This document shows positions 40,301-55,300 of a stretch of 64,000 nt of DNA, one piece after another. The notes beneath the pieces were generated by a model. The model searched no databases. It was not told the DNA's origin and was given only the letters and a program-made list of their open reading frames with translations. Position 1 is the stretch's first letter; each line of letters opens with the position of its first letter. The translations under genes were made by a program, and so were the position numbers. Origin of the DNA: Eledone cirrhosa (taxonomy: Eukaryota); the NCBI GenBank assembly GCA_964016885.1, contig OZ024744.1:119970001-120034000 (forward strand), given 5' to 3'.

Positions 40301-43300
40301 ATTCTTTCCTGAGACATTCTAACGACATGTCATGGTATCCGAGCTGTTAAAACTCAATTCAGAGATTCTTTCCTGAGATATTTTAACCACATATCATAGT
40401 AACAGAGCTCTCATCTCTCAATTCAGAGATTCTTTCCTGAGACATTCTAACCACATGTCATAGTATCAGAGCGGTGATCTCTCCATTTAGAGATTCTTTC
40501 ATGAGATATTTTAACCACATATCATAGTATCAGAGCTGTCATCTCTCAATTCAGAGATTCTTTCCTGAGACATTCTAACCACATGTCTGTAGTATCAGAG
40601 CTGTGATCTCTCAATTCAGAGATTCTTTCCTTATACATTCTTACCACATGTCATAGTATCAGAGCTGTGATCTCTCAATTCAGAGATTCTTCCCTGAGAC
40701 ATTCTAACAACATGTCTGTAGTATCAGAGCTGAATGCTCTCAATTCAGAGATTCTTTCCTGAGACATTCTAACCACATGTCATAGTATCGGAGCTGTGAT
40801 CTCTCAATTCAGAGATTCTTTCCTGAGACATTCTAACCACATGTCATGGTATCAGAGCTGTTAAAACTAAATTGAGAGATTCTTTCCTGAGATATTTTAA
40901 CCACATATCATAGTATCAGAGCTGTCATCTCTCAATTCAGAGATTCTCTCCTGAGACATTCTAACCACATGTCATAGTATCAGAGCGGTGATCTCTCCAT
41001 TTAGAGATTCTTTCATGAGATATTTTAACCACATATCATAGTATCAGAGCTGTCATCTCTCAATTCAGAGATTCTTTCCTGAGACATTCTAACCACATGT
41101 CATAGTATCAGAGCTGTGATCTCTCAATTTAGAGATTCTTTCATGAAATATTCTAACCATATGTCATAATATCAGAACTATGATCTCTCAATTCAGAGAT
41201 TCTTTCCTGAGACATTCTAACCCCAATGTCTGTAGTATCAGAGCTGTGATCTCTCAATTCAGAGATTCTTTCCTAATAAATTCTTACCACATGTCATAGT
41301 ATCAGAGCTGTGATCTCTCAATTCAGAGATTCTTTCCTGAGACATTCTAACCACGTCATAGTATCAGAGCTGTGATATCTCAATTCAGAGATTCTTTCCT
41401 GAGACATTCTAATCACATGTCATAGTATCAGAGCTGTGATCTCTCAATTTAGATATTCTTTCCTGAGATATTCTAACCAAATGTCATAGTATCAGATCTG
41501 TGATATCTCAATTCAGAGATTCTTTCCTGAGACATTCTTACCACATGTCATAGTATCAGAGCTGTGATCTCTCAATTTAGATATTCTTTCCTGAGATATT
41601 ATAACCACATGTCATAGTATCAGAGCTGTGATCTCTCAATTCAGAGATTCTTTCCTGAGACATTCTAAGCTCGTCATAGTATCAGAGCTGTGATATCTCA
41701 ATTCAGAGATTCTTTCCTGAGACATTCTAACCTCATGTCATAGTATCAGTGCTGTGATCTCTCAATTTAGATATTCTTTCCTGAGATATTCTAACCACAT
41801 GTCACAGTATTAGAGCTGTGATCTCTCAATTCAGAGATTCTTCCCTGAGACATTCTAACCACATGTCTGTAGTATCAGAGCTGAATGCTCTCAATTCAGA
41901 GATTCTTTCCTGAGACATTCTAACTACATGTCATAGTATCGGAGCTGTGATCTCTCAATTCAGAGATTCTTTCCTGTGACATTCTAACCACATGTCATAG
42001 TATCAGAGCTGTGATCTCTCAATTCAAAGATTCTTTCCTGAGACATTCTAACCACATGTCATAGTATCAGAGCTGTGATATCTCAATTCAGAGATTCTTT
42101 CCTGACACATTCTAACCACATGTCATAGTATCAGAGCTGTGATCTCTCAATTCAGAGATTCTTTCCTGAGACATTATAACCACATGTCTGTAGTATCAGA
42201 GCTGTAAGCTCTCAATTCAGAGATTCTTTCCTGAGACATTCTAACCACATGTCATAGTATCGGAGCTGTGATCTCTCAATTCAGAGATTCTTTCCTGAGA
42301 TATTCTAACCACATGTCATAGTATTAGAGCTGTGATCTCTCAATTCAGAGATTCTTTCCTGAGACATTCTAACCACATGTCTGTAGTATCAGAGCTGTCA
42401 TCTCTCAATTCAGAGATTCTTTCCTGAGACATTCTAACCACATGTCATAGTATCGGAGCTGTGATCTCTCAATTCAGAGATTCTTTCCTGAGATATTCTA
42501 ACCACATGTCATGGTATCAGAGCTGTTAAAACTAAATTGAGAGATTCTTTCCTGAGATATTTTAACCACATATCATAGTATCAGAGCTGTCATCTCTCAA
42601 TTCAGAGATTCTCTCCTGAGACATTCTAACCACATGTCATAGTATCAGAGCGGTGATCTCACCATTTAGAGATTCTTTCATGAGATATTTTAACCACATA
42701 TCATAGTATCAGAGCTGTCATCTCTCAATTCAGAGATTCTTTCCTGAGACATTCTAACCACATGTCATAGTATCAGAGCTGTGATCTCTCAATTTAGAGA
42801 TTCTTTCATGAAATATTCTAACCATATGTCATAATATCAGAACTATGATCTCTCAATTCAGAGATTCTTTCCTGAGACATTCTAACCCCATGTCTGTAGT
42901 ATCAGAGCTGTGATCTCTCAATTCAGAGATTCTTTCCTAATAAATTCTTACCACATGTCATAGTATCAGAGCTGTGATCTCTCAATTCAGAGATTCTTTC
43001 CTGAGACATTCTAACCACGTCATAGTATCAGAGCTGTGATATCTCAATTCAGAGATTCTTTCCTGAGACATTCTAATCACATGTCATAGTATCAGAGCTG
43101 TGATCTCTTAATTTAGAGATTCTTTCATGAGATATTCTAACCACATGTCATAGTATCAGAGTTGTGATCTCTCAATTCAGAGATTCTTTCCTGAGATATT
43201 CTAACCACATGTCATAGTATCAGAGCTGTGATCTCCCAATTCAGAGATTCTTTCCTGGGATATTCTAACCACATGTCATAGTATCAGAGCTGTGATCTCT

Positions 43301-46300
43301 CAATTCAGATATTCTTTCCTGAGACATTAAAGCCACATGTCATAGGATCAGAGTTGTGATCTCTCAATTCAGAGATTCTTTCCTGAGATATTGTAAACAC
43401 ATGTCATATTATCAGAGCTGTGATCTCTCAATTCAGAGATTCTTTCATGGGATATAGAATATATCACATGTCATATTATCAGAGCTGTGATCTGTCAATT
43501 CAGATATTCTTTCCTGAGACATTCTAACCACATGTCATATTATCAGTGTTGTGATCTCCCAATTCAGTGATTCTTTCCTGAGGTATTCTAACCAAATGTC
43601 ATAGTATCAGATCTGTGATATCTCAATTCAGAGATTCTTTCCTGAGACATTCTAAGCTCGTCATAGTATCAGAGCTGTGATATTTCAATTCAGAGATTCT
43701 TTCCTGAGACATTCTAACCACATGTCATAGTATCGGAGCTGTGATCTCTCAATTCAGAGATTCTTTCCTGAGACATTCTAACCACGTCATAGTATCAGAG
43801 CTGTGATATCTCAATTCAGAGATTCTTTCCTGAGACATTCTAATCACATGTCATAGTATCAGAGCTGTGATCTCTCAATTTAGATATTCTTTCCTGAGAT
43901 ATTCTAACCAAATGTCATAGTATCAGATCTGTGATATCTCAATTCAGAGATTCTTTCCTGAGACATTCTTACCACATGTCATAGTATCAGAGCTGTGATC
44001 TCTCAATTTAGATATTCTTTCCTGAGATATTATAACCACATGTCATAGTATCAGAGCTGTGATCTCTCAATTCAGAGATTCTTTCCTGAGACATTCTAAG
44101 CTCGTCATAGTATCAGAGCTGTGATATCTCAATTCAGAGATTCTTTCCTGAGACATTCTAACCTCATGTCATAGTATCAGTGCTGTGATCTTTCAATTTA
44201 GATATTCTTTCCTGAGACATTCTAACCACATGTCTGTAGTATCAGAGCTGAATGCTCTCAATTCAGAGATTCTTTCCTGAGACATTCTAACCACATGTCA
44301 TAGTATCGGAGCTGTGATCTCTCAATTCAGAGATTCTTTCCTGTGACATTCTAACCACATGTCATAGTATCAGAGCTGTGATCTCTCAATTCAAAGATTC
44401 TTTCCTGAGATATTCTAACCACATGTCATAGTATCAGAGCTGTGATATCTCAATTCAGAGATTCTTTCCTGACACATTCTAACCACATGTCATAGTATCA
44501 GAGCTGTGATCTCTCAATTCAGAGATTCTTTCCTGAGACATTCTAACCACATGTCTGTAGTATCAGAGCTGTAAGCTCTCAATTCAGAGATTCTTTCCTG
44601 AGACATTCTAACCACATGTCATAGTATCGGAGCTGTGATCTCTCAATTCAGAGATTCTTTCCTGAGATATTCTAACCACATGTCATAGTATTAGAGCTGT
44701 GATCTCTCAATTCAGAGATTCTTTCCTGAGACATTCTAACCACATGTCTGTAGTATCAGAGCTGTATGCTCTCAATTCAGAGATTCTTTCCTGAGACATT
44801 CTAACCACATGTCATAGTATCGGAGCTGTGATCTCTCAATTCAGAGATTCTTTCCTGAGATATTCTAACCACATGTCATAGTATTAGAGCTGTGATCTCT
44901 CAATTCAGAGATTCTTTCCTGAGACATTCTAACCACATGTCATAGTTACAGAGCTGTGATCTCTCTATTCAGAGATTCTTTCTTGAGACATTCTAACTCC
45001 ATGTCCACAGTATCAGAGCTGTGTTCTCGCAATTTAGAGATTCTTTCAAGAGATATTCTAACCACACGTCATAGTATCAGAGCTGTGATCTCTCAATTCA
45101 GAGATTCTTTCCTGAGACATTCTAACGACATGTAATAGTATTAGATCTGTGATCTCTCAATTTAGAGATTCTTTCCTGAGACATTCTACCACATGTCATA
45201 GTATCAGAGCTGTGATCTCTCAATTCAGAGATGCTTTCCTGAGACATTCTAACCACATGTCATAGTATCAGAGCTGTGATCTCTCAATTCAGAGATTCTT
45301 TCCTGAGACATTCTAACGACATGTCATGGTATCCGAGCTGTTAAAACTCAATTCAGAGATTCTTTCCTGAGATATTTTAACCACATATCATAGTAACAGA
45401 GCTCTCATCTCTCAATTCAGAGATTCTTTCCTGAGACATTCTAACCACATGTCATAGTATCAGAGCGGTGATCTCTCCATTTAGAGATTCTTTCATGAGA
45501 TATTTTAACCACATATCATAGTATCAGAGCTGTCATCTCTCAATTCAGAGATTCTTTCCTGAGACATTCTAACCACATGTCTGTAGTATCAGAGCTGTGA
45601 TCTCTCAATTCAGAGATTCTTTCCTTATACATTCTTACCACATGTCATAGTATCAGAGCTGTGATCTCTCAATTCAGAGATTCTTCCCTGAGACATTCTA
45701 ACAACATGTCTGTAGTATCAGAGCTGAATGCTCTCAATTCAGAGATTCTTTCCTGGGACATTCTAACCACATGTCATAGTATCGGAGCTGTGATCTCTCA
45801 ATTCAGAGATTCTTTCCTGAGACATTCTAACCACATGTCATGGTATCAGAGCTGTTAAAACTAAATTGAGAGATTCTTTCCTGAGATATTTTAACCACAT
45901 ATCATAGTATCAGAGCTGTCATCTCTCAATTCAGAGATTCTCTCCTGAGACATTCTAACCACATGTCATAGTATCAGAGCGGTGATCTCTCCATTTAGAG
46001 ATTCTTTCATGAGATATTTTAACCACATATCATAGTATCAGAGCTGTCATCTCTCTATTCAGAGATTCTTTCCTGAGACATTCTAACCACATGTCATAGT
46101 ATCAGAGCTGTGATCTCTCAATTTAGAGATTCTTTCATGAAATATTCTAACCATATGTCATAATATCAGAACTATGATCTCTCAATTCAGAGATTCTTTC
46201 CTGAGACATTCTAACCCCAATGTCTGTAGTATCAGAGCTGTGATCTCTCAATTCAGAGATTCTTTCCTAATAAATTCTTACCACATGTCATAGTATCAGA

Positions 46301-49300
46301 GCTGTGATCTCTCAATTCAGAGATTCTTTCCTGAGACATTCTAACCATGTCATAGTATCAGAGCTGTGATATCTCAATTCAGAGATTCTTTCCTGAGACA
46401 TTCTAATCACATGTCATAGTATCAGAGCTGTGATCTCTCAATTTAGATATTCTTTCCTGAGATATTCTAACCAAATGTCATAGTATCAGATCTGTGATAT
46501 CTCAATTCAGAGATTCTTTCCTGAGACATTCTTACCACATGTCATAGTATCAGAGCTGTGATCTCTCAATTTAGATATTCTTTCCTGAGATATTATAACC
46601 ACATGTCATAGTATCAGAGCTGTGATCTCTCAATTCAGAGATTCTTTCCTGAGACATTCTAAGCTCGTCATAGTATCAGAGCTGTGATATCTCAATTCAG
46701 AGATTCTTTCCTGAGACATTCTAACCTCATGTCATAGTATCAGTGCTGTGATCTCTCAATTTAGATATTCTTTCCTGAGATATTCTAACCACATGTCACA
46801 GTATTAGAGCTGTGATCTCTCAATTCAGAGATTCTTTCCTGAGACATTCTAACCACATGTCTGTAGTATCAGAGCTGTATGCTCTCAATTCAGAGATTCT
46901 TTCCTGAGACATTCTAACCACATGTCATATTATCGGAGCTGTGATCTCTCAATTCAGAGATTCTTTCCTGAGATATTCTAACCACATGTCATAGTATTAG
47001 AGCTGTGATCTCTCAATTCAGAGATTCTTTCCTGAGACATTCTAACCACATGTCATAGTTACAGAACTGTGATCTCTCTATTCAGAGATTCTTTCTTGAG
47101 ACATTCTAACTCCATGTCCACAGTATCAGAGCTGTGTTCTCGCAATTTAGAGATTCTTTCAAGAGATATTCTAACCACACGTCATAGTATCAGAGCTGTG
47201 ATCTCTCAATTCAGAGATTCTTTCCTGAGACATTCTTACGACATGTAATAGTATTAGATCTGTGATCTCTCAATTTAGAGATTCTTTCCTGAGACATTCT
47301 AACTCCATGTCCACAGTATCAGAGCTGTGATCTCTCAATTTAGAGATTCTTTCCTGAGACATTCTACCACATGTCATAGTATCAGAGCTGTGATCTCTCA
47401 ATTCAGAGATGCTTTCCTGAGACATTCTAACCACATGTCATAGTATCAGAGCTGTGATCTCTCAATTCAGAGATTCTTTCCTGAGACATTCTAACGACAT
47501 GTCATGGTATCCGAGCTGTTAAAACTCAATTCAGAGATTCTTTCCTGAGATATTTTAACCACATATCATAGTAACAGAGCTCTCATCTCTCAATTCAGAG
47601 ATTCTTTCCTGAGACATTCTAACCACATGTCATAGTATCAGAGCGGTGATCTCTCCATTTAGAGATTCTTTCATGAGATATTTTAACCACATATCATAGT
47701 ATCAGAGCTGTCATCTCTCAATTCAGAGATTCTTTCCTGAGACATTCTAACCACATGTCTGTAGTATCAGAGCTGTGATCTCTCAATTCAGAGATTCTTT
47801 CCTTATACATTCTTACCACATGTCATAGTATCAGAGCTGTGATCTCTCAATTCAGAGATTCTTCCCTGAGACATTCTAACAACATGTCTGTAGTATCAGA
47901 GCTGAATGCTCTCAATTCAGAGATTCTTTCCTGAGACATTCTAACCACATGTCATAGTATCGGAGCTGTGATCTCTCAATTCAGAGATTCTTTCCTGAGA
48001 CATTCTAACCACATGTCATGGTATCAGAGCTGTTAAAACTAAATTGAGAGATTCTTTCCTGAGATATTTTAACCACATATCATAGTATCAGAGCTGTCAT
48101 CTCTCAATTCAGAGATTCTCTCCTGAGACATTCTAACCACATGTCATAGTATCAGAGCGGTGATCTCTCCATTTAGAGATTCTTTCATGAGATATTTTAA
48201 CCACATATCATAGTATCAGAGCTGTCATCTCTCAATTCAGAGATTCTTTCCTGAGACATTCTAACCACATGTCATAGTATCAGAGCTGTGATCTCTCAAT
48301 TTAGAGATTCTTTCATGAAATATTCTAACCATATGTCATAATATCAGAACTATGATCTCTCAATTCAGAGATTCTTTCCTGAGACATTCTAACCCCAATG
48401 TCTGTAGTATCAGAGCTGTGATCTCTCAATTCAGAGATTCTTTCCTAATAAATTCTTACCACATGTCATAGTATCAGAGCTGTGATCTCTCAATTCAGAG
48501 ATTCTTTCCTGAGACATTCTAACCACGTCATAGTATCAGAGCTGTGATATCTCAATTCAGAGATTCTTTCCTGAGACATTCTTACCACATGTCATAGTAT
48601 CAGAGCTGTGATCTCTCAATTTAGATATTCTTTCCTGAGATATTATAACCACATGTCATAGTATCAGAGCTGTGATCTCTCAATTCAGAGATTCTTTCCT
48701 GAGACATTCTAAGCTCGTCATAGTATCAGAGCTGTGATATCTCAATTCAGAGATTCTTTCCTGAGACATTCTAACCTCATGTCATAGTATCAGTGCTGTG
48801 ATCTCTCAATTTAGATATTCTTTCCTGAGATATTCTAACCACATGTCACAGTATTAGAGCTGTGATCTCTCAATTCAGAGATTCTTCCCTGAGACATTCT
48901 AACCACATGTCTGTAGTATCAGAGCTGAATGCTCTCAATTCAGAGATTCTTTCCTGAGACATTCTAACTACATGTCATAGTATCGGAGCTGTGATCTCTC
49001 AATTCAGAGATTCTTTCCTGTGACATTCTAACCACATGTCATAGTATCAGAGCTGTGATCTCTCAATTCAAAGATTCTTTCCTGAGACATTCTAACCACA
49101 TGTCATAGTATCAGAGCTGTGATATCTCAATTCAGAGATTCTTTCCTGACACATTCTAACCACATGTCATAGTATCAGAGCTGTGATCTCTCAATTCAGA
49201 GATTCTTTCCTGAGACATTATAACCACATGTCTGTAGTATCAGAGCTGTAAGCTCTCAATTCAGAGATTCTTTCCTGAGACATTCTAACCACATGTCATA

Positions 49301-52300
49301 GTATCGGAGCTGTGATCTCTCAATTCAGAGATTCTTTCCTGAGATATTCTAACCACATGTCATAGTATTAGAGCTGTGATCTCTCAATTCAGAGATTCTT
49401 TCCTGAGACATTCTAACCACATGTCTGTAGTATCAGAGCTGTCATCTCTCAATTCAGAGATTCTTTCCTGAGACATTCTAACCACATGTCATAGTATCGG
49501 AGCTGTGATCTCTCAATTCAGAGATTCTTTCCTGAGATATTCTAACCACATGTCATGGTATCAGAGCTGTTAAAACTAAATTGAGAGATTCTTTCCTGAG
49601 ATATTTTAACCACATATCATAGTATCAGAGCTGTCATCTCTCAATTCAGAGATTCTCTCCTGAGACATTCTAACCACATGTCATAGTATCAGAGCGGTGA
49701 TCTCACCATTTAGAGATTCTTTCATGAGATATTTTAACCACATATCATAGTATCAGAGCTGTCATCTCTCAATTCAGAGATTCTTTCCTGAGACATTCTA
49801 ACCACATGTCATAGTATCAGAGCTGTGATCTCTCAATTTAGAGATTCTTTCATGAAATATTCTAACCATATGTCATAATATCAGAACTATGATCTCTCAA
49901 TTCAGAGATTCTTTCCTGAGACATTCTAACCCCATGTCTGTAGTATCAGAGCTGTGATCTCTCAATTCAGAGATTCTTTCCTAATAAATTCTTACCACAT
50001 GTCATAGTATCAGAGCTGTGATCTCTCAATTCAGAGATTCTTTCCTGAGACATTCTAACCACGTCATAGTATCAGAGCTGTGATATCTCAATTCAGAGAT
50101 TCTTTCCTGAGACATTCTAATCACATGTCATAGTATCAGAGCTGTGATCTCTTAATTTAGAGATTCTTTCATGAGATATTCTAACCACATGTCATAGTAT
50201 CAGAGTTGTGATCTCTCAATTCAGAGATTCTTTCCTGAGATATTCTAACCACATGTCATAGTATCAGAGCTGTGATCTCCCAATTCAGAGATTCTTTCCT
50301 GGGATATTCTAACCACATGTCATAGTATCAGAGCTGTGATCTCTCAATTCAGATATTCTTTCCTGAGACATTAAAGCCACATGTCATAGGATCAGAGTTG
50401 TGATCTCTCAATTCAGAGATTCTTTCCTGAGATATTGTAAACACATGTCATATTATCAGAGCTGTGATCTCTCAATTCAGAGATTCTTTCATGGGATATA
50501 GAATATATCACATGTCATATTATCAGAGCTGTGATCTGTCAATTCAGATATTCTTTCCTGAGACATTCTAACCACATGTCATATTATCAGTGTTGTGATC
50601 TCCCAATTCAGTGATTCTTTCCTGAGGTATTCTAACCAAATGTCATAGTATCAGATCTGTGATATCTCAATTCAGAGATTCTTTCCTGAGACATTCTAAG
50701 CTCGTCATAGTATCAGAGCTGTGATATTTCAATTCAGAGATTCTTTCCTGAGACATTCTAACCACATGTCATAGTATCGGAGCTGTGATCTCTCAATTCA
50801 GAGATTCTTTCCTGAGACATTCTAACCACGTCATAGTATCAGAGCTGTGATATCTCAATTCAGAGATTCTTTCCTGAGACATTCTAATCACATGTCATAG
50901 TATCAGAGCTGTGATCTCTCAATTTAGATATTCTTTCCTGAGATATTCTAACCAAATGTCATAGTATCAGATCTGTGATATCTCAATTCAGAGATTCTTT
51001 CCTGAGACATTCTTACCACATGTCATAGTATCAGAGCTGTGATCTCTCAATTTAGATATTCTTTCCTGAGATATTATAACCACATGTCATAGTATCAGAG
51101 CTGTGATCTCTCAATTCAGAGATTCTTTCCTGAGACATTCTAAGCTCGTCATAGTATCAGAGCTGTGATATCTCAATTCAGAGATTCTTTCCTGAGACAT
51201 TCTAACCTCATGTCATAGTATCAGTGCTGTGATCTTTCAATTTAGATATTCTTTCCTGAGACATTCTAACCACATGTCTGTAGTATCAGAGCTGAATGCT
51301 CTCAATTCAGAGATTCTTTCCTGAGACATTCTAACCACATGTCATAGTATCGGAGCTGTGATCTCTCAATTCAGAGATTCTTTCCTGTGACATTCTAACC
51401 ACATGTCATAGTATCAGAGCTGTGATCTCTCAATTCAAAGATTCTTTCCTGAGATATTCTAACCACATGTCATAGTATCAGAGCTGTGATATCTCAATTC
51501 AGAGATTCTTTCCTGACACATTCTAACCACATGTCATAGTATCAGAGCTGTGATCTCTCAATTCAGAGATTCTTTCCTGAGACATTCTAACCACATGTCT
51601 GTAGTATCAGAGCTGTAAGCTCTCAATTCAGAGATTCTTTCCTGAGACATTCTAACCACATGTCATAGTATCGGAGCTGTGATCTCTCAATTCAGAGATT
51701 CTTTCCTGAGATATTCTAACCACATGTCATAGTATTAGAGCTGTGATCTCTCAATTCAGAGATTCTTTCCTGAGACATTCTAACCACATGTCTGTAGTAT
51801 CAGAGCTGTATGCTCTCAATTCAGAGATTCTTTCCTGAGACATTCTAACCACATGTCATAGTATCGGAGCTGTGATCTCTCAATTCAGAGATTCTTTCCT
51901 GAGATATTCTAACCACATGTCATAGTATTAGAGCTGTGATCTCTCAATTCAGAGATTCTTTCCTGAGACATTCTAACCACATGTCATAGTTACAGAGCTG
52001 TGATCTCTCTATTCAGAGATTCTTTCTTGAGACATTCTAACTCCATGTCCACAGTATCAGAGCTGTGTTCTCGCAATTTAGAGATTCTTTCAAGAGATAT
52101 TCTAACCACACGTCATAGTATCAGAGCTGTGATCTCTCAATTCAGAGATTCTTTCCTGAGACATTCTAACGACATGTAATAGTATTAGATCTGTGATCTC
52201 TCAATTTAGAGATTCTTTCCTGAGACATTCTACCACATGTCATAGTATCAGAGCTGTGATCTCTCAATTCAGAGATGCTTTCCTGAGACATTCTAACCAC

Positions 52301-55300
52301 ATGTCATAGTATCAGAGCTGTGATCTCTCAATTCAGAGATTCTTTCCTGAGACATTCTAACGACATGTCATGGTATCCGAGCTGTTAAAACTCAATTCAG
52401 AGATTCTTTCCTGAGATATTTTAACCACATATCATAGTAACAGAGCTCTCATCTCTCAATTCAGAGATTCTTTCCTGAGACATTCTAACCACATGTCATA
52501 GTATCAGAGCGGTGATCTCTCCATTTAGAGATTCTTTCATGAGATATTTTAACCACATATCATAGTATCAGAGCTGTCATCTCTCAATTCAGAGATTCTT
52601 TCCTGAGACATTCTAACCACATGTCTGTAGTATCAGAGCTGTGATCTCTCAATTCAGAGATTCTTTCCTTATACATTCTTACCACATGTCATAGTATCAG
52701 AGCTGTGATCTCTCAATTCAGAGATTCTTCCCTGAGACATTCTAACAACATGTCTGTAGTATCAGAGCTGAATGCTCTCAATTCAGAGATTCTTTCCTGG
52801 GACATTCTAACCACATGTCATAGTATCGGAGCTGTGATCTCTCAATTCAGAGATTCTTTCCTGAGACATTCTAACCACATGTCATGGTATCAGAGCTGTT
52901 AAAACTAAATTGAGAGATTCTTTCCTGAGATATTTTAACCACATATCATAGTATCAGAGCTGTCATCTCTCAATTCAGAGATTCTCTCCTGAGACATTCT
53001 AACCACATGTCATAGTATCAGAGCGGTGATCTCTCCATTTAGAGATTCTTTCATGAGATATTTTAACCACATATCATAGTATCAGAGCTGTCATCTCTCA
53101 ATTCAGAGATTCTTTCCTGAGACATTCTAACCACATGTCATAGTATCAGAGCTGTGATCTCTCAATTTAGAGATTCTTTCATGAAATATTCTAACCATAT
53201 GTCATAATATCAGAACTATGATCTCTCAATTCAGAGATTCTTTCCTGAGACATTCTAACCCCATGTCTGTAGTATCAGAGCTGTGATCTCTCAATTCAGA
53301 GATTCTTTCCTAATAAATTCTTACCACATGTCATAGTATCAGAGCTGTGATCTCTCAATTCAGAGATTCTTTCCTGAGACATTCTAACCACGTCATAGTA
53401 TCAGAGCTGTGATATCTCAATTCAGAGATTCTTTCCTGAGACATTCTAATCACATGTCATAGTATCAGAGCTGTGATCTCTCAATTTAGATATTCTTTCC
53501 TGAGATATTCTAACCAAATGTCATAGTATCAGATCTGTGATATCTCAATTCAGAGATTCTTTCCTGAGACATTCTTACCACATGTCATAGTATCAGAGCT
53601 GTGATCTCTCAATTTAGATATTCTTTCCTGAGATATTATAACCACATGTCATAGTATCAGAGCTGTGATCTCTCAATTCAGAGATTCTTTCCTGAGACAT
53701 TCTAAGCTCGTCATAGTATCAGAGCTGTGATATCTCAATTCAGAGATTCTTTCCTGAGACATTCTAACCTCATGTCATAGTATCAGTGCTGTGATCTCTC
53801 AATTTAGATATTCTTTCCTGAGATATTCTAACCACATGTCACAGTATTAGAGCTGTGATCTCTCAATTCAGAGATTCTTCCCTGAGACATTCTAACCACA
53901 TGTCTGTAGTATCAGAGCTGAATGCTCTCAATTCAGAGATTCTTTCCTGAGACATTCTAACTACATGTCATAGTATCGGAGCTGTGATCTCTCAATTCAG
54001 AGATTCTTTCCTGTGACATTCTAACCACATGTCATAGTATCAGAGCTGTGATCTCTCAATTCAAAGATTCTTTCCTGAGACATTCTAACCACATGTCATA
54101 GTATCAGAGCTGTGATATCTCAATTCAGAGATTCTTTCCTGACACATTCTAACCACATGTCATAGTATCAGAGCTGTGATCTCTCAATTCAGAGATTCTT
54201 TCCTGAGACATTCTAACCACATGTCTGTAGTATCAGAGCTGTAAGCTCTCAATTCAGAGATTCTTTCCTGAGACATTCTAACCACATGTCATAGTATCGG
54301 AGCTGTGATCTCTCAATTCAGAGATTCTTTCCTGAGATATTCTAACCACATGTCATAGTATTAGAGCTGTGATCTCTCAATTCAGAGATTCTTTCCTGAG
54401 ACATTCTAACCACATGTCTGTAGTATCAGAGCTGTATGCTCTCAATTCAGAGATTCTTTCCTGAGACATTCTAACCACATGTCATAGTATCAGAGCTGTG
54501 ATCTCTCAATTTAGAGATTCTTTCCTGAGACATTCTACCACATGTCATAGTATCAGAGCTGTGATCTCTCAATTCAGAGATGCTTTCCTGAGACATTCTA
54601 ACCACATGTCATAGTATCAGAGCTGTGATCTCTCAATTCAGAGATTCTTTCCTGAGACATTCTAACGACATGTCATGGTATCCGAGCTGTTAAAACTCAA
54701 TTCAGAGATTCTTTCCTGAGATATTTTAACCACATATCATAGTAACAGAGCTCTCATCTCTCAATTCAGAGATTCTTTCCTGAGACATTCTAACCACATG
54801 TCATAGTATCAGAGCGGTGATCTCTCCATTTAGAGATTCTTTCATGAGATATTTTAACCACATATCATAGTATCAGAGCTGTCATCTCTCAATTCAGAGA
54901 TTCTTTCCTGAGACATTCTAACCACATGTCTGTAGTATCAGAGCTGTGATCTCTCAATTCAGAGATTCTTTCCTTATACATTCTTACCACATGTCATAGT
55001 ATCAGAGCTGTGATCTCTCAATTCAGAGATTCTTCCCTGAGACATTCTAACAACATGTCTGTAGTATCAGAGCTGAATGCTCTCAATTCAGAGATTCTTT
55101 CCTGAGACATTCTAACCACATGTCATAGTATCGGAGCTGTGATCTCTCAATTCAGAGATTCTTTCCTGAGACATTCTAACCACATGTCATGGTATCAGAG
55201 CTGTTAAAACTAAATTGAGAGATTCTTTCCTGAGATATTTTAACCACATATTATAGTATCAGAGCTGTCATCTCTCAATTCAGAGATTCTCTCCTGAGAC

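Noticed and set aside
189-52902. Twelve near-identical 60-65 aa ORFs (MISQFRDSFLRHSNHMS...)
   Set aside because: Each begins at a GTG within the monomer and spans ~3 monomers only because the 65-bp tctgtag and tgtatgc variants remove stop codons. The peptide just re-reads the repeat in shifting frames, and there is no gene context.
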